A stretch of 64,000 bases of DNA from Octopus vulgaris (GCA_951406725.2 OX597821.1:92566001-92630000); one strand, 5' to 3'; positions 27,331 through 41,237 are shown, counted from the first letter of the stretch. Notes: generated by a model not told the origin, from the letters alone. Numbers and translations are program-made.

Positions 27331-27446
27331 AAATAACTTTAATAGCATTCAGTTAATCACTATACATATCCATATATATATATAACAACGTCCTTGCGTT
27401 GTTGTGTTTTTTTGTGCTTTCTTGTTTGGATTAACTATATATATCC

Positions 27447-27502
<56 letters not shown>

Positions 27503-27790
27503 ATAACAAGTGAAGTGGCCAGTTAGAAAATATCAGTAACAGATGAGAGAGGTAAAGTTAATCACCACTGCAATATAGCTGTCTGATGTTACTACCATTT
27601 TAACCCCATGTAGCTCTTCCACCAGCTGCTTATAGGTCTAGTCCATATCCTGTATATATTATAAGCATGGGAGTGAACACCAAACCGCAACTGAGGATAG
27701 TCAGAATTACCCTGAAACCAAGTTGGTCTTGTGAACCTGTTGTCTGCTGAAGGATGGTAAAGGTGTATATATATATATTCAAATTCTTTT

Positions 27791-27879
27791 ACTTCCAACA
27801 CATGTTTCGAAGATATCACTGGTATTATTCCAAAGGAATAAAATGGTGTAAAACAATGTAATCTTCTCTTCAGGGAAAT
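27791..27879 (-). ncRNA. Type-I hammerhead ribozyme
   Basis: Minus strand: atttcc-CTGAAGA-GAAGAT..ATCTTC-GAAAC-ATGT-GTT-ggaagt; 6-bp stem I. Confidence 0.8.
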
Positions 27880-28277
27880 GAAGAAATTTCTATTTTTTAT
27901 TCTTTTTTCTAAAAATCTCCTTGTAGATATTGTTATAGAGCGTGCATACCGATGTAAAGATTGGCAGAAAGACACCTTTAGTTCATATAAGTGATATCTA
28001 TCATTACTTATAATTTAAACATTACTTTTCTTCTTACATTTCACATTCACTAGATATATCTTTTTCCAAGTCTATATGGTCTTATTTAATATACATATAG
28101 TTATATACTTCTCATTTATTTAGTTTTTCTTTCCTTTGTCCTCCTTCTTTCTATAGGCTACTTTTGACGTTATATCCTATTACGTTTTTTTGAAATAATC
28201 TTAATAGTGTTCAGTTAATCACTATACATATCCATCATTTTCTGTTAAGATGTCTTATTGACGAGTTTCCTTTTTTC

Positions 28278-28366
28278 ATTTCCCTGAAGAGAAGATTATA
28301 TTGTATTACACCATTTTATTCCTTTGGAATAATACCAGTGATATCTTTGAAACATGTGTCAGAAAT
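28278..28366 (+). ncRNA. Type-I hammerhead ribozyme (inverted partner of 27791-27879)
   Basis: atttcc-CTGAAGA-GAAGAT..ATCTTT-GAAAC-ATGT-GTC-agaaat; the differences near the core look like CpG decay. Confidence 0.75.
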
Positions 28367-29063
28367 AAAAAAATTTTTAATAACACCTGCGTTTAACTCC
28401 ATTCTACCTTTAAAAACAAGGAGTTGCAACCTTTTTACCTGTGTGATTTTTTGCTACCCTGGTACTATTTATATATTTTTTCCGTGTTAATTTTTAACAA
28501 GGGAAAAATACACACATTTATACATACACACACACGCATGTTCCTGCTATTTGTGTTCTGAGTTCAAATCACTCCATGTTCTATGTAGGAAGTTGAATTA
28601 ATCTGTTGTTCTGTTTAACATCATCATGTAGCATTTTATGTCTTCTTGACAGTTTCCAGTTTCCTCAATGTTGCAAGCATTTGGGTCAATTTTCTCATCA
28701 AATAGCACCATCTATCTTCCCCCACTTTCTTCAGGGTACCCTGGAAAATGCTTCCTATGCTGGCTAAAACCTACCACCATAATACACTTATTCCTATATT
28801 ATCCTTCTCATTAGCCCATTTTTGAAAATAAAAGGTTAACATCAATATTTTCTCTCTACAATGCTTTTATAACCATACACTTTTCTCTCTTTCCTACTCC
28901 TTTTTCTTTATTTATTTAAACTAACTTATGTGTTTATAGGTTTAGTTTTAGTATTATCTCCAAATTGCTTCACATATACATCATACCTTAGAATTTCAAC
29001 AATAGAGGCCAACAATTAACCTCTCATATGCCCACAAATTGAGATCATTTTAACTTGAATATT

Positions 29064-29348
29064 GTTTGTTCCTTCTCGAGCCACATAAGGGCCGGTTTCC
29101 CAGTTTCCTTCGTGTATAAGTTCGCCACCTGGATGGGACGTCAGTCCATCACAGGTGAGCTGCTAGATGCAGGAGGAAAGAGTGAGAGAAAATTGTGGCG
29201 AAAGAGTCAGCAGAAGTTTGCCATTACCTTCTGCCGGAGCTGCGTGGAGCTTAGGTGTTTCGCTCATAAACATACACATCGCCTGATCTGAGATTCGAAC
29301 CCACGATCCCTCGAGCGCAAGTCCACTGCTCTAACCACTAGGCCTCCA
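29064..29348 (-). mobile_element. SINE family C variant (related head, different tail)
   Basis: B box ggttcgaatctc and C-like body; a tail fragment recurs at ~51185-51290. Confidence 0.75.
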
Positions 29349-29393
29349 CAACTTGAACACATATATATATATATATTTGTATATATATATATG

Positions 29394-29450
<57 letters not shown>

Positions 29451-30029
29451 TGTGTGCAGGCCTTAAAGTAAAACAAAAGTTTATTCATTTACTTCTATAT
29501 TTAGACACTTATAAACAAAACCATTGTTATATATAATCCAAACATTTATTCCCCGTTGCTAAAAAGTCTTCTTACTTCTAAATAAATCAACGGGCTACAA
29601 TTATTTCGTTAGCTATTCTTCATTTTTCCATACTGTTTTACATATTGTGTATTTTTTGTGAATTTATCACTGAGGGTTTATAATAATAAATTTTATATAT
29701 ATATATATATAAAAAAAAAGGTACTTTAATGTAGAAGTTTCTTGCAAAAATTTTTTCATAGATGTTTTATATATTTTTACACATTGATACATATCCTATT
29801 GTAGACCATACAATACTCTGCCAAGTTGTTTTAAGCAGAAAATGAACAAGTTCAACAAGATACACTTCAGAAATCCTTTAATCAGATGCCTGAGGATTTG
29901 GAATAAAAGCCACCAAAAACATGCCTCCCAACAATTTAGCCTTAAATAAATATTATTTCACACTACTTCACTGTATGAAGTATATTTTTGCCTTTATTAC
30001 ATTTCACTCCAGTATTATACCACCAATTC

Positions 30030-30343
30030 ATTGCATACATATGCATACACATACAAACACATACACACACTCACACACATACACTCACACACTACACAAA
30101 AACATACACACACATATGCATGCAAATTATAAATTTTATAGAGATTTGTTTGTTAATTTTGTTCATTCACCCACTCGCTTTCTCTGAATGTGATATATAT
30201 ATATATATACATACACATATTCATATGTATATATATTTACACACACACATACACATGTGTCGGTATGTATGAATATACACATCAGAATCATATATGTGCG
30301 TATGTGTATGTAGGCATGTTTGTATGTATATGTAACAAATTTA

Positions 30344-30380
<37 letters not shown>

Positions 30381-30554
30381 TGTTTGTGAGTACCCTCATA
30401 TGATATGCATATATAAATGTATGATTATAATGGCTAGAAAGATGAATGGATGTTTAAATGTATGCCCCATTATATATATTTGTATATATATATACATATA
30501 TATATGTATATATATATACATATATATTTGTATATATATATACATATATATATG

Positions 30555-30587
<33 letters not shown>

Positions 30588-30991
30588 TTATAAACATATA
30601 TATATATATTGTATGTATGTATGTATGTATGTATGTATATATGTATGCCAGAATACACACATAGATTCATGGACTCCTGCAATAAGCAATTAACCTTAAA
30701 ATTTATTACAGTGATAAAATATCACATGACAAAAGTGAATTAAGAAATTGGCAGTAAGTAATATTGAACTGATAGATCATTCTAGACAAACGATCTCTCA
30801 AAGACTTTGCAAAACTCAGAGCTGGCTGGAAAAGGAGAAAGACTAAGCCATTACTGCCAAATTCAGCGCCAGGTTCACCATGAGGTGAAGGAGCATTAGC
30901 AAATTATGTTATTATCACAATGTGAACCAATGCTTTCTCTCATAATGGTTTGAATAACATCTTATTATATGCATGCATATACATACAATAA

Positions 30992-31025
<34 letters not shown>

Positions 31026-31578
31026 GCTTACATTCATACTCAGCTACACACAAACTTTGTTTGGTCATATTCCCTGTATATAAGTGGTTCAATACATGCT
31101 TTTGATAGCAGAGTGGTGAGACCAATATATGATTGTATATGTATAATTATATCTAGACCTATAACTGACTGTTGAACATTTACATACAGTCAGACTAACG
31201 TGGAGACCAGTTGAAACTCGTTCTTGTCATCAAACATATAATTATATAAATAGACAAGTAATATACATAAAAGCATATATGTGTGAGTGTGTAAATATGA
31301 ATGTGTGTAAATATGTTTGTATGTATATATGTTTGTATGTATGTATGTATGTATGTATGTATGTATGAATGTATGTATGCATGTATGTATGTATGTATGT
31401 ATGTATGTGTGCATGTATGTGTTTCTGTAGAGAAGGTGAGATAGAAATAGATAGATAGACAGACATACAGACAGACAGGCAGACAGACAAGCAGACAAGC
31501 AGACAAGCAGACAGACAGACAGACCAACAGATAGATAGATAGAGAGAGAGGGAGATAGATAGATAGATAGATAGATAT

Positions 31579-31610
<32 letters not shown>

Positions 31611-31715
31611 GTAGATAGATAGATGATGGATGGATGGATGGATAGATAGATAGGTAGATAGAGAGATAGAGAGAGAGAGACAGATAGATAAATAGATAGT
31701 AAGAAAGGGACATAC
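30030..31715. repeat. Compound microsatellites (CA)n/(TA)n/(TATG)n/(AGAT)n
   Basis: Seen directly. Confidence 0.9.
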
Positions 31716-31723
31716 ATATAGAT

Positions 31724-32073
31724 CGGGGGTTCTCAACCATTTTTTTATCTGTGAACCCCTTTGATTACTATTTTATTCTGGTGGATCCCCCCCCCCTAGC
31801 CATTCGATATTTACAAACTTGTTTTATAGAAACTTCTTTCAAAATTCCTATTTTGTTTTTTACACATTAACTTAACTTGTCTTGATAGAACTAAGAAAAA
31901 GAAACCTAGCTGTTTTTTTACAATATATACCAATACATACCAATCTGAAGCAAAATTTTTCAGGGACCTTAAAATACCATTGTGGACACTCATTTTACTG
32001 TTTTGTATTGTGGACCACCAAAAATCTTATATGTCTTCTGAGGGGTCATATGAACAGCGGTTGAGAGCCACTG
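31724..32073. mobile_element. hAT (Charlie-like) MITE
   Basis: Imperfect TIRs cgggggttctcaacc / ggttgagagccactg; TSD not resolved. Confidence 0.65.
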
Positions 32074-32299
32074 ATGTATAGAAAGATTGGTAGAAAATTG
32101 ATATAACATGGTTTATGTGATATTTAGAGCACAAGTGGTATGAGAAACTGGCTGAGATCTAATGAAACCAGTTGGTGTCCTGCAAAAGAAATAGTTGCAT
32201 CTTTATGGACATGAAATATGGGTGGATGAAATATGGGTGGATATAAGATTAAAGAGAGAGAGAGACTGATAGTTTAAAAGAACACATGAAAATGAACAT

Positions 32300-32625
32300 A
32301 ATTGTGATAATGATGATGATAATGACGATGATAATGATGATGTTGATGGTGGTGGTGGTGGTGGTGGTGGTGGTGGTGGTGGTGGTGGTGGTGGTGGTGG
32401 TGGTGCTGGCTATTTTCTTTTCTGTTATTTAGCCTTATGTTAGCCTTCTTCCAACAGACATTCAAAGGAAGACATTCTAGTCCTGACCATCCCGCCTCAA
32501 CAGCGATGATGACATTGTACTTTGTATCCATATTTTGTTAATATGTCGTAACAATGATAATGAGCACAACAATGGGGCCGACAATGACAATGGGGGGGAG
32601 GTGATGGTGGTGGTGGCAGTGGTGG

Positions 32626-32683
<58 letters not shown>

Positions 32684-33820
32684 CGATGACGAGGATGATG
32701 ATGATGGTGATGATGGTAATAATGAAGATGATGATGATGATGTAATACAAATGTTTAAATTTTACTGGATTAAAAAATCTATGATTTATGATTTATGATT
32801 TATGATTTAAAGACAACAATGGATATAGAAGTTTATAAAACATATGAGATACAATTGCACAAAAACAGCTCTGCTATTTCTTGTAGAGCGGACGAGCACA
32901 CAGAGGTCTCTTTGTGGTGATATTTAAGATAGTTGTCATGATGATGATGATGGTGGCTTTGTGCATGATGGTGATATCATTGTTGATAATAACGATATAC
33001 TGATGATGATGTTGATAAAATGCATTAATGATCATCTTGATCATGAAGATAGTGGTGATAATGTTGATGCTGTTGCAGTTCATGTTGGTGGTGGTGGTGG
33101 TGGTGGCGGCAGCAGCGGTGAAGGTGGTGGTGGTGGTAATGATGATGATGTTAATGATGGTGGTGTTGGTGGTGGTGATGGTGATGGTGATGATGACGAT
33201 CATCATCATCATCATCATCATCATGGTAGTGGTGGTTGTGGTGGTGGTGGTAATGATGATGATGTTAATGATGGTGGTGATGGTGATGATGAAAATGATG
33301 GCGGTAATGATGACGATCATCATCATCATCATCATCATCATCATGGTAGTGGTGGTGGTGGTGATGGTGGTGGTAGTGATAGTAGTGGTGGTAGTGGTGG
33401 TGGTGGTGTGGTGGTAGTGATAGTGGTGATGGTGGTGGTGATGGTGGAGTTGTCAATGGTAGTAGTGCTGTTGGTGATAACGATGTTGATGTCGATGATG
33501 AGGATGTTGACTATTGCAACGTTGATGATGATGATGATGATGAACAAGAAGAAGAAGCTAGTGGTATTAATGGTGATGATTAAAAATGGGACGGGGAGGA
33601 TGTAGCTGATGGTGGTGGTGGTTATGATAAGAGTTATGTTGTTGATGATGAGAAGTAGTTGTTTTGATGCTGCTGCTGATGATGATGATAATGATGATGT
33701 GGTGGTGGTGGTGATGGTGATGATGATGGTAGTGGTGGTGACGGTGGTTATGGTTGTTTGTGGTGGGGGCTGTAGTGGTGATACCGGTCATGAAGATGAT
33801 GACTGTTATTATTATTATTA

Positions 33821-33884
<64 letters not shown>

Positions 33885-33915
33885 CATCATTATTATTATT
33901 ATTATTATTATTACA
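32300..33915. repeat. Trinucleotide microsatellite field (GGT)n/(GAT)n/(TAT)n
   Basis: Seen directly. Confidence 0.95.
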
Positions 33916-34380
33916 ATATTTACATACATATGTCAACATATTCAAGTTTCTATATTTGAAAGCCAGTATTTTCCAAATTACCGCTCCAGGTGAAGGCAAA
34001 AAGAAACCACACCAATGTTAGTCTCCTTCAAAATTATCCAGTAGATAACATCAGCTAGACTATAGCCTCTGGTGCTCTTTGTGAGAAAATAAATAATAAA
34101 AATTCTAATTAAGTTAAAGAACATCTGAAATTTTATATTTCAAATACATTAACATTTATACATCTTGTTGGTTAGCCCCAGGATAAAATGAATTTTAGCA
34201 TACATATGACTAAAGGTATTCCCACCATGACCATCCTGTCTTGTTTTCCTATGTGTAACAAACACAAGATTATATTAAGCCTACTGTCCTTCATTTAAGA
34301 AGGTTTGATGTGATTTGTAGGGAGATTTTCCTGCTTTTTTGGGGGGGGTGGGTACGAAATCAAAAGAAAAGCTCATTCAC

Positions 34381-35260
34381 ATGGAAGTCTTATTGGTTTG
34401 CATCGTGCAGTTGCAACAACAACAACAACTACTACAGCAGCAACAACATTACCAACAGTTATTGGAAGTAATGCTGAAGAAGTTTGAAAATACTTCAGGT
34501 TCGTTCTCCTCACACAGCGTAGCAAACTCAATCGGAGAATTTATTTATAGACCCAGAAGAAGGTACTTCTTTTTCTGCCTATTTTAGAAGATACAAAGAA
34601 ATCTTCACAGATGAATGTGAAAATTAGAATGACGAGAAGATGGTGCAACTACTTTTAAGAAAGTTATCTCCTGCCGAACACGAAACATACTGTAATTATA
34701 TTCTGCTGAAGAAACCAGGTGAGATTTGTTTCGATGAAACAATTATTTTATTATATAGAATTTTCAGTGAAAGAAGTTTCCTTTTCAATACTCGTTGGCA
34801 GTGTTTAAATTTAGTTAAGAAAGATGATGGAGATTTCGTCACCTATTCTGGGTTCGTCAACAGAGAGTGTGTAAAATTCAAATTAAATTGATTAACCCCG
34901 GATTTGTTCAAATGTCTAATTTTTGTTCAAAGGTTAACTGCAAGAAAAAATGCTGATATACTTTCCTATATATTAACAAAATTAGAACAGGACCAAAAAT
35001 TAACTCTACAGGCAGTGACTGAATAATGCCACAGGATTATAAATTTAAGACATAATGCGGATAAAATTGAAGAAAAAGATTGCTCTCAGATACATTCGTG
35101 TCGACCTGTAACAGTTAAGAGAAAAGAAAAACGAACGTCAAGACCAACTCCATGCTATGGATGCGGAGGTTTACATTTCAGAATTAATTGTCCTTTTAAA
35201 TATCGTAAATGGTTTGAGTGTGGAAAAATCAGGCATAAAAAAGGTCATACAAAAAAAAAA
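34381..35260 (+). pseudogene. gag remnant with two zinc knuckles
   Basis: VQLLLRKLSPAEHETYCNYIL; PCYGCGGLHFRINCPFK..ECGKIRHKKGH; frameshifted. Confidence 0.8.
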
Positions 35261-35309
35261 TTCCAGAAAGAATGTATTGTTACCAAAAATTCTAAGCGAG
35301 ACTCAGAAA

Positions 35310-37990
35310 AGAAAGTTTGTGTCCATAAAATTGAATGTGAATATCAAGTTACAATTGGATACGGGTAGTGATATCACGATAATTAATACAGACACATGGA
35401 GGAAAATAGGGAAACTTAGATTAAAGAAAACTTCGAAAATTGTGCGAGGTGTTTCAGGAAAAAATTGCATTTTATAGGTGAAATGATAAGTGATGTTACA
35501 TTTCGTGGAAAACCTTGAAAGCCAAAGTTTTTGTGTTGAAACATACGACAACTTTATTTGAAATAGACTGGATGGAACTATTTAACTTATGTGACCTTCC
35601 CATGAATATATATTGTAAAAATGTGAATGGTTCTTCCGCCTGTACAAATAAGGCGTCGGATGATTTAAAAAGAGAATTGAAGCAAATTTTTCCTGAAGTT
35701 TTTTCTGATGAATTAGGTCTTTGTACCAAAACAGAGGCGAAGTTTCAAGTGGAAGAAAACGCTATACCGGTATTTAAACCAAAATGAACGGTACCTCTCT
35801 CGGCGCTGAAACAAGTCAACGAAGAATTGGATAGACTTGAAAAGCTTGGTGTTATTGAAAAAATTGATTATACAAAATGGGCATTCACAACAGTTTATGC
35901 CAAGAAAAAAAAATGATAAATTCCGAGGATGCGCTGATTTTTCAGCGGGATTAAACGAATGTTTGATGCCATATAATTACCTGAGGAAATTTTGATGCCA
36001 TATAATTACCAGAGGAAATTTTCGAGAAGTTGAATGGAGGAAATATGTTTCAAAGTTGGACCTATCAGAAGCAAATTTGCAGGTAAAAGTCGATGAGGAA
36101 TGTTCAAAATTATTAAAAATAAATACCCATAAAGGGTTGTATAAATTTAATCGACTCCCCTTTGGTATAAAGGTAGTACCTAGCATTTTCCAACAAGTTA
36201 TAGACTTTATGCTTGCAGGTTCGGAATTCGCTGTAGCTTACCTTGACGACACACTGATAAAAAGTGAAGCTCGGGGTCAGCATGCTGAGCATGTAAAAAA
36301 GGTCTTCGGAGGAATAAAAGATCATGAGTTTAATCTCGGCGAGGAAAAGGGTAAATCTTTTATGCCAAGAATAAAATATCTAGGGCAGATTATTGATGAA
36401 AATGGACACAGACCAAACCTATCTAGGACGAGTGCAATACAAAATATGTCTCCCCCGACAAACACTACAAAATTACAAGCATTTTGGGGACTTGCAAAAT
36501 TACTAGCAGGTATACATACCTAATATGCACGATATAAGAGCACCTCTGAATAACTTGTTAAAAAAAAGACGTTAAGTGGAACTGGTCGGACAAATGCCAA
36601 AAAAATAAGCTTTAGAAGAAATTTAAAAAGTCTTAACGTCGGAATTGTCGTCATCACATTTTGACCAGAATTTAGAAATAGTAGTGGTAGCAGATGCTAG
36701 TGGTGTGATTTTATACAAATATGAAGATGATGGTAGCATAAAAGCAGTACTTCATACTTCGCGTTCATTATTGCCGGCTGAGAAAAGTTAGACTAAAATA
36801 GTAAAAGAGGCATTAGCCATTATATTTGCTGTAAAAAATTCCATAAATTTATACATGGAAGAAGGTTCCATCTGCAGATAGATCACCGCTCATTATTGTC
36901 GATCTATAGATCAAAAGGAGGGTATCTCCACACATGCAGCCAACAGATTTCAGCGCTGGGGAACGATCCTACTGAATTACGACTTCAAAATGGAGTGTTT
37001 GACTTCGAAGAAGTTGGGACATGCAGATGGTTCGTCAAGGTTAATACCAAAATACAGTGAACCACAAGAAGGCACAGACGAAAATGAAATAAAAAATATA
37101 TTGTGCAATGTTGTTGTGCGTGAATTGCCTGTGACAGTGGAGAAAAGAAAACCCAAGGCAGAGACGGATGAGATTATCATAAAAAAAATTTTAAATCATA
37201 GTGAGATCAGAAGAAACAAATAAAACATACACACGGTTGGATGTAACCCAGTTTCGAATTCGTATTCGATAATTGATAATGTGCCTGTATAAGCACAGAG
37301 AGTCGTAATGCCTACCTCACTACAAGGTAGAATGTTAAAGGAATTCCACACTGGACATCCAGGAATTTCTAGGATGAAGTCACTAATGAGGAGTTATGTT
37401 TATTGGCAAAACAATGGATTTGATATTGAGAAGTGGCTAAAATCGAGCAGAGGTTGTACTGTTGCAGCAAAATCACCACCTATAAAATTTCAACTTTGGC
37501 CCAAGACCGATATTCTATGGTCCAGACTGCACATAGACTTCGCAGGACCGTTAAATCGACCTTATTATCTAATAGTGGTAGTTAACTTTTCAAAATGGCC
37601 AGAAATGTGTAAATGTAACAAACCGACATTCAGGGTAATAGTGGAAATTTCTACACGAACTTTTTTCTAGCTATGGTGTCCTTGATACCATAGTCTCCGA
37701 TAACCGTACACAATTCACGGCGAATGAATTTAAGAACTTTTGCAAGATGTACTTAATTGAACATATCACGACTCCTCCGTATCACTCAAGATCAAACAGG
37801 CAAGCGAAAAGTTTCATGGATACATTTAAAAGAGCATTAAAAAAATTAAGAAGCGAGCTAGTTGATAACGAATCATTGATACAGTTCTTGGGGGTTTATA
37901 GGATAGCACTAAACACAAACCATTCTTCAGGCACGTCGCCTGCGGAACTAATGTTTGCTCGAAAAATTAAAGTCAATTTTCGACAAGCTG
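35310..37990 (+). pseudogene. pol remnant (protease, RT, RNase H, integrase)
   Basis: LQLDTGSDITII; YKFNRLPFGIK..AYLDD; ADASG..KEALAIIFAVK; HTGHPGISRMK..WSRLHIDFAGP..PPYHSRSN; multiple stops and frameshifts. Confidence 0.92.
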
Positions 37991-38453
37991 TTAGCAGTAA
38001 AAAAAGACAAAAAGGGAAAACACTAAATATACGACAAAGCATTTTAATATCGGTGACAAGGTGCCTTTAAAAAATTTTTTTTTAATGTAAGACAAGGTTG
38101 GGAAGATGGAGTCGTAGCAAAAAGAATAGGCAAAATGATATATATGATAAGTGGCGAAAATAAGAACACAAAAGAAATTTAAACCAGCTAAAAATAGATA
38201 TAAAGAAAAAAGGAAAAAGATACCCATGGAAGTGTTCTATGACACCTTTGTTGTGCCAAAGCCACAACAAATCGAACCTAGTCGTAGCAGCACAAGAAAG
38301 CGGAAACAAACAAAACGGTTGGAAGTAATACATAAACGGAAGAAATATTTTCCTGGGAAGAAAATCTCAAAAAGAGAGATGTGCTGAAAGAAAAATAAAT
38401 AAATAAAAATAATAATATTAACTTCCAACGGAAGTCAATCTCAAAGGGGGAGA

Positions 38454-38626
38454 TTTTGTGACGAGAGTCATTGACACCCCTGGAGGATTGGAAGAATGGA
38501 CTAGCCGAACTCTTATAAAGAGTAAAGATCAGTAGGAGTTGTTGAGAGGGCATTTTGGAGTCTCGCGAAGTACGTCGTGTGAACACATTGTTTTTACCTT
38601 CGCATCGTTAAATTATATATCCAACA
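38454..38626 (+). repeat. Putative 3' LTR
   Basis: Follows the PPT; starts ttttgtg (possibly a mutated tgttg) and ends caaca; contains tataaa. Confidence 0.55.
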
Positions 38627-38807
38627 ATTGTCAAGGATATAAAAGTAAACATTCGCAGTTGTGCTGTCTATGTGTGTAGACAGGAATGCTTAAGCCTATG
38701 TGTTAATAGATGAATTTTTGGATAGATATACATGTACACACAAATATATATACTACATTCACATACAGACGAGCATATATACACGCACGAATATATGTAT
38801 ACGTATA

Positions 38808-38994
38808 TACGATGGAAGTGGGTGCTAAAACGTTCCTGGCTTTGAATAAAATATAGGAGGATCAGTTAATTATGATTTTATTCAACACATTCCTATCTCA
38901 GATTCCCACACTCATTGCAACAGTCCAAGCCTTGGCCTCCGTCCAGACCTTTCACAATACCCTTAAAGCCAGCAACTTTTCAGTACCCTCTGGT
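38808..38994. mobile_element. Short mariner-type MITE
   Basis: Imperfect inverted ends gggtgctaaaacgttcctggcttt / aaagccagcaactttttcagtaccc, bounded by TA. Confidence 0.55.
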
Positions 38995-39006
38995 ATGTAT
39001 GTATGT

Positions 39007-39390
39007 GGAGGCGCAATGGCCCAGTGGTTAGGGCAGCGGACTCGCGGTCATAGGATCGTGGTTTCGATTCCCAGACCGGGCGTTGTGAGTGTTTATTGAG
39101 CGAAAACACCTGAAAGCTCCACGAGGCTCCGGCAGGGGATGGTGGTGATCCCTGCTGTACTCTTTCACCACAACTTTCTCTCACTTTTACTTCCTGTTTC
39201 TGCTGTACCTGTATTTCAAGGGGCCGGCCTTGTCACTCTCTGTGTCACGCTGAATATCCCCGAGAACTACGTTAAGGGTGCACGTGTCTGTGGAGTGCTC
39301 AGCCACTTACACGTTAATTTCACGAGCAGGCTATTCCGTTGATTCGGATCAACCGGAACCCTCGTCGTCGTAACCGACAGAGTGCATCCA
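39007..39390 (+). mobile_element. SINE family C, full length
   Basis: A and B boxes; matches the other copies. Confidence 0.9.
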
Positions 39391-40007
39391 TCCATGTGTG
39401 TATGTATGCATACAAAAATTAATATAAACACCTATGCGGAATGTGATGTCATAAAAGAAAAATACGATCGTCACTGAATGCAACTAAGGATGTCAAGAAC
39501 CTAAAATGCTAGAAATATGTACTATGATACTCCTAATGCTGTAGGAAAAGCACATAAATGTATATATATATATGCTGACAGGGGCTGTAATTGCCCAAAT
39601 CACCGACTCGAGAATGCCTTAACACCTTGACAACGGTTGACGCAAATATGCGATCACACTTTTGCTTGCCTACCTACCTCCATCACGGTCTTTTTAGTGG
39701 CTGATGTAATTTTACGTTCGCTATCGTGTACTTTATCTCTTGAGGTGCACGTACTCGCCGTCCCGTGGATTATCTTAGCTTTTTTCAGGTTACTTTCAAG
39801 TTATGAGACAAGCAGCAGACCAATGGCATGCGGATACTTTACATACATAATACCGTGTTTTGAGTTGTACCGCACACAAGCTATTTTTTTAACTTGAGCA
39901 GCATATTAAGTGCATATCATATTATGATAAATAGCTTCACATAGTTCGTTTTCATAAACCGGTATACGTAAATGTATAAAAATGTATTTAAAAATTTATT
40001 TTTAAAT

Positions 40008-40231
40008 GAAGGCGGCGAGCTGGCAGAAACGTTAGCACGCCGGACGAAATGCGTAGCCGTATTTTGTCTGCCGTTACGTTCTGAGTTCAAATTCCGCCGA
40101 GGTCGACTTTGCCTTTCATCCTTTCGGGGTCGATAAATTAAGTACCAGTTATGCACTGGGGTCGATGTAATCGACTTAATCTCCTTGTCTGTCCTCTCTG
40201 TGTTTAGCCCCTTGTGAGTAGTAAAGAAATA
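40008..40231 (+). mobile_element. SINE family B
   Basis: Matches 6205-6437. Confidence 0.9.
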
Positions 40232-40370
40232 GGTATACGTAAATGTACGACGCTATGTTATTGTAACGGTGAACGTAAATAGACGCGAGCTCGTTGGCAC
40301 TTGTGTGTTTGTGTAGCCTCATTAGATAAAAAACTGGAGCAGTGTCTCGCATGCTTCGGGTAATACCTCT

Positions 40371-40562
40371 TTCTTTACTAACCCACAAAGGGCTAAGCAC
40401 AGAGAGGACAAACAAGGACAGACAAACAGATTAAGTCGATTACATCAACTCCAGTGCGTAACTGGTACTTAATTTATCGACCTCGAAAGGATGAAAAGGC
40501 AAAGTCGACCTCGGCGGAATTTGAACTCAGAACGTAACGGCAGACGAAATACGGCTACGCAT
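40371..40562 (-). mobile_element. SINE family B, 5'-truncated
   Basis: Reverse complement match. Confidence 0.85.
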
Positions 40563-41003
40563 ACCGGGGTTGAACTGAACGTCAGTTTAGGTTATTTCCT
40601 TAACCTTCACCAGTAAGGACTGATCGTTCAGTAGATTCCCGAACGATACTCCTGTCAGGACATATGTACTTACCATAAAAACTTATGGATGATTTAATGG
40701 ATTGTTATTGTGTACATAAATATTAATATAAACAGCTATGCACAAAGGGATTCCATAAAGGAAAAATACAATCGTCACTGAACGCAACTAAGGGTGTCAA
40801 GACATCTACGTTACTAGAAATACCTGCTAAAATGCACCTAATGCTGTAAGAAAGACACATAAATGTATACATATACATAAACGTATGCATTTATGTGCTT
40901 TTCCTATAACATTAGGAGCATTTTAGCTCTTGTTTCTAGCAATGTAGAAGTCTTGACACCCTTAGTCACCTTCAGTGACAATCGTATATATACATATACG
41001 TGA

Positions 41004-41062
<59 letters not shown>

Positions 41063-41150
41063 TTTCAGTTGAATTAGGTACATAAAATGAGGCACCAAAC
41101 CAGTTAAGTGGACAGAATGTAAATAAGTAACAAGGATGTCCAGGTATCAA

Positions 41151-41237
41151 TACGTTACAACCGTTTCAAGCAGCTCCATTTAATCGATCGATGAAAACAT
41201 TACATCGATTTGAAAGAAACTTCTCTCCTCAGACATA
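41151..41237 (-). ncRNA. Type-I hammerhead ribozyme
   Basis: Minus strand: tatgt-CTGAGGA-GAGAAGTTTC..GGAGCTGCTT-GAAAC-GGTT-GTA-acgta; 5-bp stem I. Confidence 0.75.

Larger units (their letters stand above)
34339..38626 (+). mobile_element. Decayed Ty3/Gypsy LTR retrotransposon (Mag-clade-like), 5' LTR absent
   Basis: Domain order gag-PR-RT-RH-IN; PPT aaagggggaga at 38443-38453; putative 3' LTR ending caaca. Confidence 0.92.
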
